A stretch of 63,482 nucleotides of DNA, counting the filler, from Hyphochytrium catenoides (lineage: Eukaryota; Protista; Hyphochytriomycota): NCBI GenBank assembly GCA_900088475.1. It is 7 parts of 7 records of this genome, joined end to end, with 100 filler letters (N's around TTAATTAATTAA, not from the genome) between each part and the next. Parts side by side here need not be neighbours in the genome. Positions count along the whole stretch, not along the records: positions 29,580 to 39,500 come from FLMG01004649.1; positions 39,601 to 44,805 come from FLMG01000961.1; positions 44,906 to 62,164 come from FLMG01000249.1; 4 more parts are not named here. One strand, given 5' to 3'. The notes below the pieces were generated by a model. It did not search any database. It saw only the letters and a list, made by a program, of their open reading frames with translations, and was not told where the DNA came from. Below, piece by piece: positions 32,643-45,310 of this stretch. A program made the translations under genes and the position numbers. How positions within the stretch are numbered: the stretch's first letter is position 1; every line of letters starts with the position of its first letter.

Positions 32643-35600
32643 TCAAAGTGCCCCTATTTGCTCCAGGATGAAAGCTTGTTCCAGTGCGGACTCCCTGTAG
32701 TACCCGAAGCGGTCAGAGGTGCCGCCGTGCCCTGCCTCCATGTTAATCTTGAGCAGCAGAGGATTGTTGTCTGTCTTGAAGCGACGAAGCTTCGCTACCC
32801 ATTTGGCAGGCTCCCAATAAGCGACCTAGTAGCCGACGATGGAAGAGAACAAGATAAGGGTAGTTGGCTTTTAGTCGATGAAGAAGAGGACCATCACGAT
32901 TGTGGTCGTTCTTCCCGTACCTGTTTATCGTTAAGTCCGCCCGTCACCAGCATCGCAGGGTAGCTTTGAGGACGCACGTTATCGATGGGAGAGTACGATT
33001 TGATATACTAGATAGCGAGTGAAGCACTTAGTTAGTCGGCGGCAAGGATAAGAGTACATGAGTGATGATAACCAACAGCGCCAACACAAAGAAGACGCTT
33101 ACACGCTATATTTAAGGGAAAGGCAGAAGTTCTTTGTCGCCGTCCTCCTCCCCGGTACTGGGGCACTGATCTTTTAGCACACTCTGTCCACCCCTTGAGC
33201 TCACCTCATAGAACTTTTCCTCGTTGGGGTTGCCCCACTCTTCCCACTCGCCGATCGTAAGAGGGATGGAGGCTGACGGGTATTAGATGTGAGGCAAGCG
33301 TGTGAGTGAGGTGTACTATCTTGTGAGTTGCTTCTGCGATAAAATAGAGCAGGGCGTGGCTGGTAGCCAAGGAAGAGGCATCGCCATGAAAACAAGAGAC
33401 AGAGGGTCATGCATGGAAAAGTGATGATGAGGGATGGAAGAGGTGATAGAGCGCATGCAGTGATCATCGAGTTTCACTTACGATCGCTCATAGTGACAAG
33501 AACATCAACGAAAGGAACTGCAGCCAGTGCCGCCTTGAACAGCTCAGGACGCATGTTGACAACAGCTCCAACCAAGAGGCCTCCTGCACACCAGAGGGCG
33601 TCAGAGCTATGATGATGCGGATCATGTCAGCCGAAAATCTGGATCACAACGAGGCACAGCAACTAGCTCTTCCCGGAGGGTGATATGCATACCAGCGCTT
33701 GCCCCTTCGATGGCAAGTTGAGATGGACTGGTGTATTTCTGCTTGATGAGATGCTCGGCGCAATCAATGAAGTCGTAGAATGTGTTCTTCTTCTGAAGGT
33801 ACTTGCCCTGTTCCTCATACCAATACGATCCCATGTCACTTCCACCCCGGACCTGTGCCGCTGCAAAGATGACCCCGCGATCCAGCAAGGGGATTCTGTA
33901 GAAACCAAAGACAAATCAGTAATGCAAAGAGAAAACGAGCAATAGAGGACCAACGCCGTTCTTAAAGGATTGGTCAGCAAATCTCCGGAGGCGAGGCTAG
34001 TATCAGCGGGATAGAGAGGTGTTACCTTGTGTCCTCGAAGTAAGCAGGACTCATAATTGATCCATAAGCGCCATATCCATACAAAATTAGAGGCTGGGCA
34101 GAGCTCCTCTTCATGTCCTTCCGATAAATGAGCCATAGCGGCACTTTAGCCCCATCTCGAGCTGTCACGCGCATCGTTTCAGCGGTGTAGAGATCTGGAT
34201 TGTAGTTGGGGACATTCGCGCCCTGTAAGGATTAGTAGGAGCAAACAAGGAAGAGGTAAATCCCCTGCTAGCGCGGCAGGATGAGAGAAAAGTATGTGGA
34301 GTTTATATGCCTCCTCTTGACCTGAATGAGCTTGCTTGTTTTGGTTTTTGTATCATACTCATACGTCTCCGAGGGCTTGATCTGCAAGGGGAAAAGCACG
34401 AAAGCTCTTTCAGTGGTGCCCACCAACGCTATCGGTAGCTGTATACGGAAAAAACCAGTAGCAGCCATAACAACGACACTCGTTTGCTGACGGGAACAAG
34501 CAAACAAGGGTAAGAAGAGATGTCCACTAGGAACCTTACCGCACTGCTCACGAAGTACAGGAAGAGCCCGTCATCATAATCCGAGGAAAGGTCAGTATAT
34601 ACGCCTGCAGTAGGGTCCTCGATAGTCAGTGGCTGCAGCCCAAGGTCCTCCTTTCCAGCTTCCAGAATCCAGGCACTGAAGAATCCTGCGGAGCAGAACA
34701 CCAAGAGGCAAACCAATAAGACTATGCTGAGACCAAGGTATATACAGATAATCTAAACTGAGAGAGAGACAGAGAGAGAGGGAGAGGAAGGGCAACACCG
34801 GCATCCATGCGAATAGGAAGCTCGACTGACCGCAAGGAGGCAACCTTCTCCTTCCCCACTACCTTTGACAAGAGGCCAGTTTCTTACCTTCTTGTTGACT
34901 CTGGGCGACGCAAAAGGTCTTCTTGCAGCTGAAGGATCTGAGAACCCGTTCTTTCGAGGGGGGCACAACCTCGCGCCAGTACTTCATTTCGGTAGCGTTA
35001 CGAGACGTCACCATGATGCGGTTGTTAAGAGCGCCGTCCTTATTGGTTAAAATGTAGAACTTTTCTCCCTGGTGGCTGATCTGAGAAGCACAAGCAGCGA
35101 TGGATGTATCAACGTCATCATAAGAAGAGGAAGTGGGACGAAGCCTTATTAGTTTCATCACCTACCGAATATTTTAGGCCCTTCACGCGTGGTTGGAAGA
35201 CCTTCAGATCATAGGAAGAAGGCTGCTGGCTCTCTGCTTTCCTGACTGCTTCAAGATCCAGATAGAGCACCTCACTGGTCTCTTTGCTGCTCACACTTAT
35301 CGTCAAGAAGCGCTCGCTTCGGGAGACGGACAAAGAGACACGGAAGAGTGGATCCTTCTCTTCGTACAGTAGCTCATCTTGGTTCTGCTGCGTGCCCAGG
35401 ACGTGGCGCCAGACGCGATAGGAGCGATTGGCCTCATTGTTACTGGTATAGTATAGGATATTTGATTTTTTGTCCCAGGAGTAGGAGCTGGCGCCCTTAA
35501 GAAAGTCAGGATGTAGTTCGCCAGTCGTCAGGTTCTTGAAAAAAATGTCTCCATAGAAGTCACCATCAAAGTCCTGTATAGTGAAGTTATTGGACGGCAC

Positions 35601-36583
35601 AGGGTTGGCGGGACATCAGTGATGATTGAGACTGTAGCGGAGCCAAATAAGAACGAGTATATATATAAAAGCCCAACGAGGTAGTAGTGCCACTTACAAC
35701 CAGATAGGCAATCACTGTTTGGTCGTAGTTGGCTTCGACTCGATCGACAAAAACAAAATCCCGACCCTTCGCGATCTCATTAACATCGAGGAGGACCTCC
35801 TCCTCTTCAGCCCCATTGGTGGCATTGACTGGCTTCCGGAGATAGATTTCATAGGACTCAGTCTCTGTGGTGCGCGTGAAGTAGAGGTAGTTGCCAACGC
35901 GAGAGGGAATGCTGTCCTCGGCGAGCTGTGAGCGGAAGAATAACAAGAAAAGGAAGGAGAACGTTTTGAGAGTAAGCTCAGTGATAGCGAGAGGCCCAAA
36001 CGAGCGCTACAGACGAAGCTTGCTGAGAGAGAGACAAGTGGAAGGGTCCTCCTGACTTCAGTAAGGTTGGAAGAACGAACAACCTCCGTCGAAAGGAAAA
36101 GGAGAATATGAGATCTAGCGCAGAAGGGAGAACAAGGAAAAAAGGCGAAAGAATAGCATCGGAAAGAGTGGTGAGCAACCTTTCCGGCAGCAAAGGAGTT
36201 TAACACAATAAAGCAGTACGTGCCTGAATTCGGGAGATATAGTCCTTGTACAGCTGCTCGGCTGGCTCCTTGAGATGCTCCATCATTGCTGTGCTGTACG
36301 CATTCTCCGCCGCAAGGTAAGCCAACACATCTGGATCGGACCTGTTGTCATCACGGAGCCAGTAGTAATCGTCCTGATGGATTACACCGGGGTCCATCGG
36401 GTTGGGCCCTCGATTTTCCCCTTTGACCTTGCCAATGGTGACATTGTGTGGCCTGATCTCAGCCACGGGTGGCACTGCAAGCTTGCTGCTGGGGACTGGG
36501 GTTAGTGCCGCAACGCTGGAGGAGAGCAACACGGGAAAGGCGCTCAATAGCGCTGTGGATAGTGCCTTTATGGCAGACACCAT
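32643..36583 (-). CDS. opdB: Oligopeptidase B (prolyl oligopeptidase family S9A), copy 1, with a putative signal peptide; exon layout matches copy 2
   Basis: [47 protein letters not shown], catalytic GASAGG (Ser), [28 protein letters not shown] (Asp), MEAGHGG (His). TGA at 32645-32643. Confidence 0.93.
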
Positions 36584-36841
36584 GGTACTGACGGCGACCG
36601 CGCTGCGCTGTGAGCGTTCAATCTCTTATCCGCTAATATAATCAAGGGTTAATTGGGAACTTTCGATGTTGCCGCTCCCGGAAAGTCTGATTGTGCTGTA
36701 GCATAGAAGTCGAACACGATATATCCACTATCAAAGTTTATATCCCTCTGTAGTCCCTGTCTGTCTGTGTCTCTCTTTCTCTCTCTCCCTCTCTCTCTCT
36801 CAGTAAGTAAGATAAGGGTGGTGTTAATAGAACTTGTGCCG

Positions 36842-36900
<59 letters not shown>

Positions 36901-37501
36901 GTTCTCTCTCTCTCTCACTCTCCACCAAAGAAGCGACGGTCCAAGAACCACAACAACCAATTCTTTCTTGTGCTGTCGTCTGAAAGGTGCGGCTTGATCT
37001 CGATTCATTCTTCGACTAATTGGATTCTCATCTAGTGCTATGGAGAGCCACCTGTAGGCATGTCGAAAGAAAAGAAAGATATTCTTTGCAGAATTCTTAC
37101 TTCTACTCTCTCTCGTCACACCATCACAGGTGGGGGAGTGGGTTCGGTGAGTTCTGAAGAAAGCTCCTTTCTTGCAGATGCTCGGTCGCTCTACAGTAGA
37201 ACTACTACTCGCGGTACAAGGTAGGTCTTCGATACACTACTAAAAATAAAGGTTTACTGGTGGGCCCTTGCTGAATAGTCCTTTCTGTTAAACTACCGTG
37301 GTTTTCTCTGAGTACAAGAACCGGAAGAAACTCTGAGAATTTGGCAATGTGGGGTTGCTGAATGTATACATAGTTAGCATTAAAAGGAACATTAACTATG
37401 GCTTAAGGAGCCGAAAACTGGCCTCAGCATTTCCCCCTGGTAGCAGTAGGACATAGAACTAGAACTACTAACTACTTGGAGAGAGAGAATTTGACGAAGG
37501 A

Positions 37502-37537
<36 letters not shown>

Positions 37538-38185
37538 TTCCCTGTCCGTTCTCTAATCAAGCGATACCCCGCCTTTCTTCTTCCCTTACCCCTTCGCTCT
37601 CTCGTCATCTTCTTCGCCCCATTCTATTGTTGACAGTTGGCAAAGGGAAGGACGGCCAAAGAAGACGAGGAGGAGGAGAATATATGATCATTAGAAGGAA
37701 CAGACGAGATAACAAAGGTCCGTCTTCTTCTTTTTCCCTACCCAAGCAAGGAGTATGCACATCCACGCGTCAGCTCTCGCTTCTGTTCGTCAATTACTCT
37801 CTTTTCTCTCCGAGGCGGCGAGATAGAAGTGAGAAAATAGAGGAACAGAAGAAGAGAAGAGGAGTGAGAACGAGGAGGACAGAGAGGTAAAAGAGAGAGA
37901 GAAGAGGAGGTGAAGAGATATAAATCGTGAAGAAGAGGAAGAAGAGAGAACACAGAACAAGCTCTTTTCCGTTGTGAAGAGCGCTCTCCTTTATTGGCTC
38001 CTTGACTACTTCCGTTCTCTATTCTTGTTCTCCCTCCAATCCGTCGCCTAATTAAATTAGAGGAGACAATGCAGCAGGGATATGGTGATGTCTGTTTGAG
38101 GAAAGACACAGATATCAAAAGAACAGCACAGGAAGAGAGAGACAAGTGATGATGGAGCCTTTCTCTCTCTCTTTTCTCTCTCTTT

Positions 38186-38225
<40 letters not shown>

Positions 38226-40028
38226 TCTGTCTCTCTCTCTCTCTCTCCTTCTTTCTTTTTATTCAGTCACTGGAGGTAAATGGCCAGACGGGCAGCGCTT
38301 TACAGAGATTCCCGTTGCCTGTTGTTGTTCCCACAAAGGAGGGTGGGCGCAGGTCGTCATGGTGTATCTAGTCCGTGCCAAGGCATAATAGGGGCGTGGG
38401 CATGCTCCAAGAGGTATAAAGCACGTTTAGAAGAGTATTTTCTAGTACAGCGAGCATACACGTATCGCCCTCCTTCCTCCTGACCAAATAGGTCTTCGGA
38501 GAGAAAGAAAGACTTGCTGTGAGCATCCTCGTACTACAGCGAGTACATAGCACAGAAAATGAGCTCTCTTTTCCACTCTCCTCTTGTTTTTCCAGCCTTT
38601 CTCCCACTCTCGCTTCACGCGGCAGTTTCTTCTGTTCCGCTTCCTTATTTCTCTTCCCCCGTCGTCGACCTAAGGGAAAAACATAATAATGATAACTCCT
38701 CTTTATAACAAGCTAAGTCAAGAGAGAAGATTGAAACAGGAGGGGCCAACGCTCTGATACTCTACCTATCTCACTTCTCAAATCTAGTTTCCTACTACAA
38801 GTAGACCTTTGATGAGGGGAGCGTGAGGAGGAATAAAGACGCTCTTCTTCCTCTTTTGTTCTCTCTCTCTCCTTACCCCTTTTCTTGCCTCTCCATCTCC
38901 CTCATTTCCTCCTATGCGGGCAGTTGATGATGCATCAGTTTAAGAAGATTCAGCAGAAGGAGAAGATAGACCAAAAAAGATAGGTAGATGCTCGCACAAG
39001 TATAAGAGAAACGATAAGAGATGCACTCCAGTTTCCTCGGCCTTTCTACTACTACTCCACCGCTTCTTTTTTTTCTTTTATTCTCCTAGAACTACTGGTC
39101 TCAATGTCCCGTCTCGCACAACGTTGTCATGAGTGACGAGCGCGAAGAAAGTTTCTTTTCTGACTGTAGCGAGAAAACATGAATAGTAGGATAAATTAGT
39201 CCAGAGTGTAATAAGAAGCTAACGTCCGAAGCGATTGTTGAGGAGAATGAGAACTTCAGTTCTTATATTTCTATAGGAATACATTATTTATTCATCAGCT
39301 TCTTAAATTATTATTATTACTAGTCTTTCTTTTCTTCTCTTCTTCTTCCTCTTCTTCTTTTTCTCTTTCTTCTTCTGTATAGAATTAGTCTGTTAGTAGC
39401 GTTAGTACAAGGTAGCAATAAATCAATAAAAAACTGTCTCTGTCTCTTCACACCTTCTCCCGGCGTTCGCGAAGCCCTTTGCCTTTCTCTGTCAGCACTG
39501 NNNNNNNNNNNNNNNNNNNNNNNNNNNNNNNNNNNNNNNNNNNNTTAATTAATTAANNNNNNNNNNNNNNNNNNNNNNNNNNNNNNNNNNNNNNNNNNNN
39601 AGAAAGAGAGAGAGAGAGAGAGAGAGCTTCTTCAACCTACTTGTCTTTCATTGTTTCTCGCAAGTTATCGTGTTTCTCTCCGACATACTATCTCGCTCTC
39701 CCTCCTCCTTTTTTTTGGCTATCACTGTCTCACTTTTCCTCTCTTTCTCTCTCTCTCTCGGTATCTTCTCTTCCTCTTTTTTCTCTCCATCGCCAATATC
39801 CTTTCGCCCCTTCTCTCTCTCCCTCTCACGCTCTCCGCTTTCTCGGGCTCTTTATCCTTTTCTTTCACTCTCACTGTCACTCTCTCTCGCTCGCTCGCTC
39901 GCTCGCTCGCTCTCGCTCTCTTTCTCTCTCTCTCTCCCTCTCCCTCTCTCTCTCTTTCTCTCTTGCTCTCTATCTCCTTCACTCTCTCTCACTTTCTCTC
40001 TCTTTCTCTCCCTGTCTGTGACGCACAG

Positions 40029-41541
40029 ATTCGGGCTTTCATCTCTCGGGCTCGGCGCTATCACCTTGCAGTTCAGGCAAGATCTCTCTCTCTCCGTCGG
40101 CAAGAGGAGCTTGAGAATTTGATAAGAGAGAGAAAGTCAGCGGTCACAAAGATAGAAAGAACACAGCTCAGGTGTCTCTTTTTCTCTCTCTTTCATCCCT
40201 CTCCTCCCCTTATGATATCATTTTGTTGAGTCCCTCTCGCTATCTTCTCTCCCTCTCTCTTCTCTCCCTCTCTCTTCTCTCTTTCCCTCCCTTTCTCAAA
40301 CTTTCTTTGGGTCATTTGGGTGTGTTTGCGTCCGCCTTCCATCTTAAGCACAGTAGATAGAAACAGAGAGAGAAACTGTGGGAGACAGAGAAGAGAGAAA
40401 GAGAGAGAGAAAGNNNNNNNNNNNNNNNNNNNNNNNNNNNNNNNNNNNNNNNNNNNNNNNNNNNNNNNNNNAGAGAGAGATTGAACTGACAAGAGAGAGA
40501 GAGAGAGAGAATGTAAAAGAGAGGAGAGAGATGGAAGAGGGGAAACAGAATCTTGGATCGGAGTCCAGAGTCATCAGCAGACTCATCAGCAGTCGAAAGC
40601 AACGGGTTGATGAGGGTTCTTTCCTCTCGCTCGCTCGCTCTCTCTCTTTCTCTCTCTTTCTGTCTCTCCTTATCTCTCTCTCTCTCTCTCTCTCTCTCTT
40701 GGTTTCTCTCCTTTACTCCTCGTCGTATGCTTAATCTTCTATTTTTACTTTGCTTGAACAGTTTCCTTCGTCAAACCACCACCACTCACTCTATCATTAG
40801 GTATAAGGAGAAGAGAAAGGAGAGAGAAGAAAGAGAGAAAGTCTCCGCTTCTCTCTCTCTTGCCCGCGCATACCGCAGTTACAAGGCCAGGAAAATCTTT
40901 GGTGCAAAGCAGCTTCAAGCTCTTAGAGAAACCAAAGCAGTGACTGACATCCAGGTGGCTTGGGGCACAGAAAACAAAAAAAAACGGGAGAGAGAGAGAG
41001 AGAGAGAGAGTTCATCAGAAAAGAAGGACTGACTCAAGGGATGAGACAAAGGGAGAGAGCGGAATGGCAAGACCATAGTTGATAAAAAAAGACAGTAATG
41101 GCGAGGTGGCTCCTAATCTCTTGTGTCCTCTTTTTTTTTCTCTTTCTTTCTCTTTCTCTTCTTCTTTGTCCTCTTCTTTCTCGTCCTTCTCTCTCTCTCT
41201 CTCTTCCTTACTTTTTGCCGTGAAGCGTGTCATCCGTGGTTTCTTAGCACGACAGCAAGTTAGAGAGAGGAAGAGAAAGGAGTATAAAGAGAGAAGAGCA
41301 GCGTTGGTTCTCTCCCTGTCTCGACCACGTGCGGGAGAGACTAGGAAGAGGAAAGAAGAGAAGAGAAAAGGAGGAGTCTCTTCCTCCTTCTCTTCTCCGC
41401 CAGATCCTTTCTCTCCTGAGTTATTCATGCGCCTAGGGGCGGGGTCTAGAATCTCAAAATGGTTAGATATGTTCTCTCTCTTCCTTTCTTTCCCATTCTT
41501 TCTTTCTCTCTCTCTCTCTCGCTCTCTCTCTCTCTCGCTCG

Positions 41542-41573
<32 letters not shown>

Positions 41574-41760
41574 ATCTACTATCTCCATTTTTCTGTGTCC
41601 TTTCCCTGCTTGTTTCCTTCTTCTTGTTGGTTCTTTCTTCTCTCTCGCATTCAATCCATCTCTCTCTCTCTCAGTCATTCTCTCTCTTTCCTTCTGTCTC
41701 CAATTCCTTTCACCCTCCTCCTTGTTGCTCCTTCATCCCTCACTTTCTCTTTCCCTCCAC

Positions 41761-41795
<35 letters not shown>

Positions 41796-42121
41796 CTCTC
41801 TCTCTTAGGCTTGTCTCCCTACGGCAGTGGCGAGAGTGTTTCTCTCTTCTCCGTCTCTCCGTGGCCGCTGTCAAGGTTCAGAGGTGTTTCAGAGCTGTGA
41901 GAACCTTGAGAGAAATGAGAAAAAGCGTTCAACAGGGAAGAGAAATGACTATCAGACTGCAGGTACAGCAGGCTCTTCTTTCTCTCTCTCTTTCTCTCTT
42001 TTTTATATATACATAATATTCTCTGTCCTCGCCCCTCTCTATCTGTCTCTCTCGCTCGTCCGCTCTCTCTCTCCCGCTCATTTCTCTCTCCCCATCCTCT
42101 CTCTTTCTTTGCCCCTTCTTC

Positions 42122-42169
<48 letters not shown>

Positions 42170-43279
42170 GTCTGTCTCTCTCTCTCTCTCTCTTTTCAAT
42201 TCTCCCTCCCTCTTCCTCCCGCTAAGTCGGCCCTATCTCCTTCCTCATTAATTTTTTCTGGCTGTCCATCTCACACTCTTCTTTATCTTCTTTTCCGCTA
42301 TCTCTCTTCTCTCTCTCTCTCTCTCTCTTTTTCTTGGCAGTCCTGGTATCGAATGGTAAGAGAGAGGAAGAGGTATCAGAAGGAGCTCTTGGGCAAGAGA
42401 GCCGCTGAAGAAGAAGCAGAGCGGAGGGAGACAGAGGAGAGAGAGAAAAGAGACGCCGCCCAACAACAACAAAGAGAGAGAGAACTATCTCTCTCCTCTT
42501 CTTCTCCTCTCGCATCCACATTAGCAAAAGCAGAAAAGAGATTGACAGCCCAGTCGAAGTCTCTCCTAGGAAAGAAGAAGTCGATGGAAAGAGATCTATT
42601 CACGGGGAGAGAGACACCTGAAAAAAAGAAGAGAGAGGCAGAAGAAGACGGAGAAAGAGAGAAGAGAGAGAGAAAAGATATTTTAAAAAGAGAGAAGAAG
42701 GAGAAGAAAGGACAAGTCTCCTCGGCTGAGCTATTAGAAGATGACGCCAGAAAACAGGAGACAGAAGAGGAAGAGGACGACGAGAAAGACCCGAACACTT
42801 TGGCCAGGGAAGAAAGAGAGAAAGCTCCTCTTCCTTCTCTTCCGGCTCCTCTCTCTTCTTCTTCTCCTGCTACTCCTGCCGAAGAAGACAAGAAAAGACA
42901 AAAGGAAGAAACAACTCTCTATCCTTCCGCCGCGTCTCCCTCTATTAAGCTGTCTCTTTTCCTGAAAGCTCAGAGAAAGAGAAGAAAGAGAATGTGGCGC
43001 GTGTTTCTCTCTCCCTTCTCGTCTCTCCTGCAAGAGCCAGCAGTACGGAAAGCTGCATTGAAAATCTATCGCCGAACAGGACTCCTGGGGAGACCACTGA
43101 AGAGAGAAGGTCTAGAAAAAGAAACGTCCTGCCTACGTGTCCTTCTTCTCTCTCACTCTCTTTCTCTCTCTCTCACTCTTTTTTTCTCTCTCTCTCTCTC
43201 CCCGTCCCTCTCCCTTTTCTGCCCCCTGTTTCTCTGTTCCTTCTTCTTTCTCTCTCTCATTCTCTCTCTCTGTCGATCC

Positions 43280-43333
<54 letters not shown>

Positions 43334-44330
43334 ATCCCGCCTTGCCTCCCCTGCAATACTAGACGTTTTTTCTTGTTGCCCTTTCTTCTTTTTCTTTTTT
43401 TCGTTGCTCTCTGTCTTTTGTCTCTCTTTTAAAAAGCATCGCCTCTTCACCAAACATGCTGTCTCTTCTTTCTCTCTATAGCATTGCGCTGTCCTTTCCT
43501 TTCTCTCTCTCTCTCTCTCTCCTACTCAGATTTTCCTCACTTCTTTTTCTTTTTTCCTCCTACTCTGTCTTCTGTTACTGTCTCGCAGGAGCGGTCAGCA
43601 TCCAGAGGATAGCTCGAGGCTTTGTGGCGCGGAAGCTGCTGGAGAGAATGAAAGAGGAGAGAGAAAGAGAGAAGAGAGAGAGAGCAATACGAGAAAGAGA
43701 GGCGTCTTCTCTCCTTGTCCAGGTTTTCAGACGATATAAGAAACTCGTCAAACTAAGAAAAATGTAAGCGGAGAAAGAGGGAGAGGAAAAGAAGGATCTC
43801 TTCTCCTCTCTTATTGCTTTCTCTTTACTTTTCTCTCCTCTTTTTTATAATCTCGCATTTCTCTCTTCTCTCTCTCCCATATGTTTACTCTATCGGGCTC
43901 TCTTCTCCCCTGTCTCTCTCTCTCTCTATCTCTCTCTCTCTGTCTGCTTCTGCGTCTCTCCTCCTGCTTTATCTTCCTTACCAATTATGTCTCTCATCTC
44001 TCTTTCATCCTCCGCCGTTGTCAATCTCTCCCCATCTCACATGACCTTTTGTCCCTCTCTCTTTTCTCTCTCTCTCTCTCTCTCTCTTTCTTTCTCTCTC
44101 TATCTGTCTGTCTCTCTCTCTTTCTCTCTCTCTCCTCCACCAGCCGTGCAATCTTCCGTCGTCTGGCTCGCGATCTACGGCGCCGGTTGCGCGCTGAGAG
44201 ATGCGCCGCTCTAGTGATCGGAAGGGCGTGGAGGAACTTTCTTTTGAGAGAGAGAGCACGACAGATCAAAGAGAGAGTGGAAGAAAGGAAGAAGAAGGTT
44301 GTGGTTCTACAGGTGTGCGCAAAGGCCCTT

Positions 44331-44386
<56 letters not shown>

Positions 44387-44805
44387 TCTTCTCTTTCTCT
44401 CTCTCTCTCTCGCTCGCTCCCTCTCTCTCTCCCCCTCTCTCTTTTTTCTCTCTTTTTTAGTGCGAAGTGTTCTGTCTTGTGTATCTCTTCGTCTCTTTGC
44501 TAGGCTAGTCCTCGCTCATCTCTTTCTCTGACTGCTAGGGTCCGTCCGCTTCCTTTTTCGACTTAGCTCTCTCTTTCTGTCTCTCTCTCTTTCTCTCTCT
44601 CCCTCCCTCTGCATCTTCCACTCTTCTTCTATTCATCTCTCTTCTCTATCTCTGTTCTTTTCTCTCACCACATTTGGATCTCTCTTCTTTTTTCAGAGAT
44701 TTGCACGTCTCTATGTGCTCCCACGCGGTAGGAAAGGCTGGCGACATCGTTTGGAAAGAATGAGGAAAGAGAGAGAAGAGGAGGCCTCTCTTTCTCTCTC
44801 TCTCT
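40029..44805 (+). CDS. Partial multi-exon gene for an IQ-motif (calmodulin-binding) coiled-coil protein; both ends lost in spacers
   Basis: Short exons between (CT)n introns encode IQ-like motifs: DIQ|RVIRGFLARQ, VKVQRCFRAVR, RLQ|SWYRMVRERK, SIQRIARGFVARK, VIGRAWRNFLLR, VLQ|RFAR. Some exon boundaries are uncertain. Confidence 0.7.
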
Positions 44806-44990
44806 NNNNNNNNNNNNNNNNNNNNNNNNNNNNNNNNNNNNNNNNNNNNTTAATTAATTAANNNNNNNNNNNNNNNNNNNNNNNNNNNNNNNNNNNNNNN
44901 NNNNNCACTAAGTGGGCCCAAAGGATCTCCCTGTTGAACCCCAGAGGAGCGAGAAAGTTGTCTTTAAGTTCTTGTCGTATACAATCAATC

Positions 44991-45310
44991 ATAATTTACT
45001 GCCTACAGCTACTCCTACATAGAAGGAGAGGAAGAAGAAGAGACAAGAAAAGCTATAAAGCCTTGATCTCGTCATCAGCTCGATCTGCTCCACGCTCATC
45101 ATCAGTTAAGGAAGAATTATAGCTGACTCCTCAGTAATAACGAGGAGAGGAAGAAGGAGGAGGAGATGAAACGCCGACGGTAATGTTTATCATCATCAAC
45201 ACACTCGACTGCGAGGCAAGCCAGAGAAGGGTCCAGCTGCTGAGGAGGAATACGCTTCGAAAGTTAGAGGGGGCGCACTATTTTCTTTATAAGTAGCCAG
45301 CGAGACTCTG
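44991..45310 (+). repeat. Dispersed non-coding repeat; diverged copies at ~45822-46098 and ~52148-52320
   Basis: Shared strings: ATCTGCTCCACGCTCAT (~45082 and ~45993) and GCGAGGCAAGC.AGAGAA.GGTCCAGCTGCTGA (~45211 and ~52232). Confidence 0.7.

Noticed and set aside
1899-44531. Dozens of 60-270 aa ORFs rich in SLSLSL or ERERER
   Set aside because: These are translations of stop-free (CT/GA)n intronic or flanking microsatellites, or antisense shadows of real exons.
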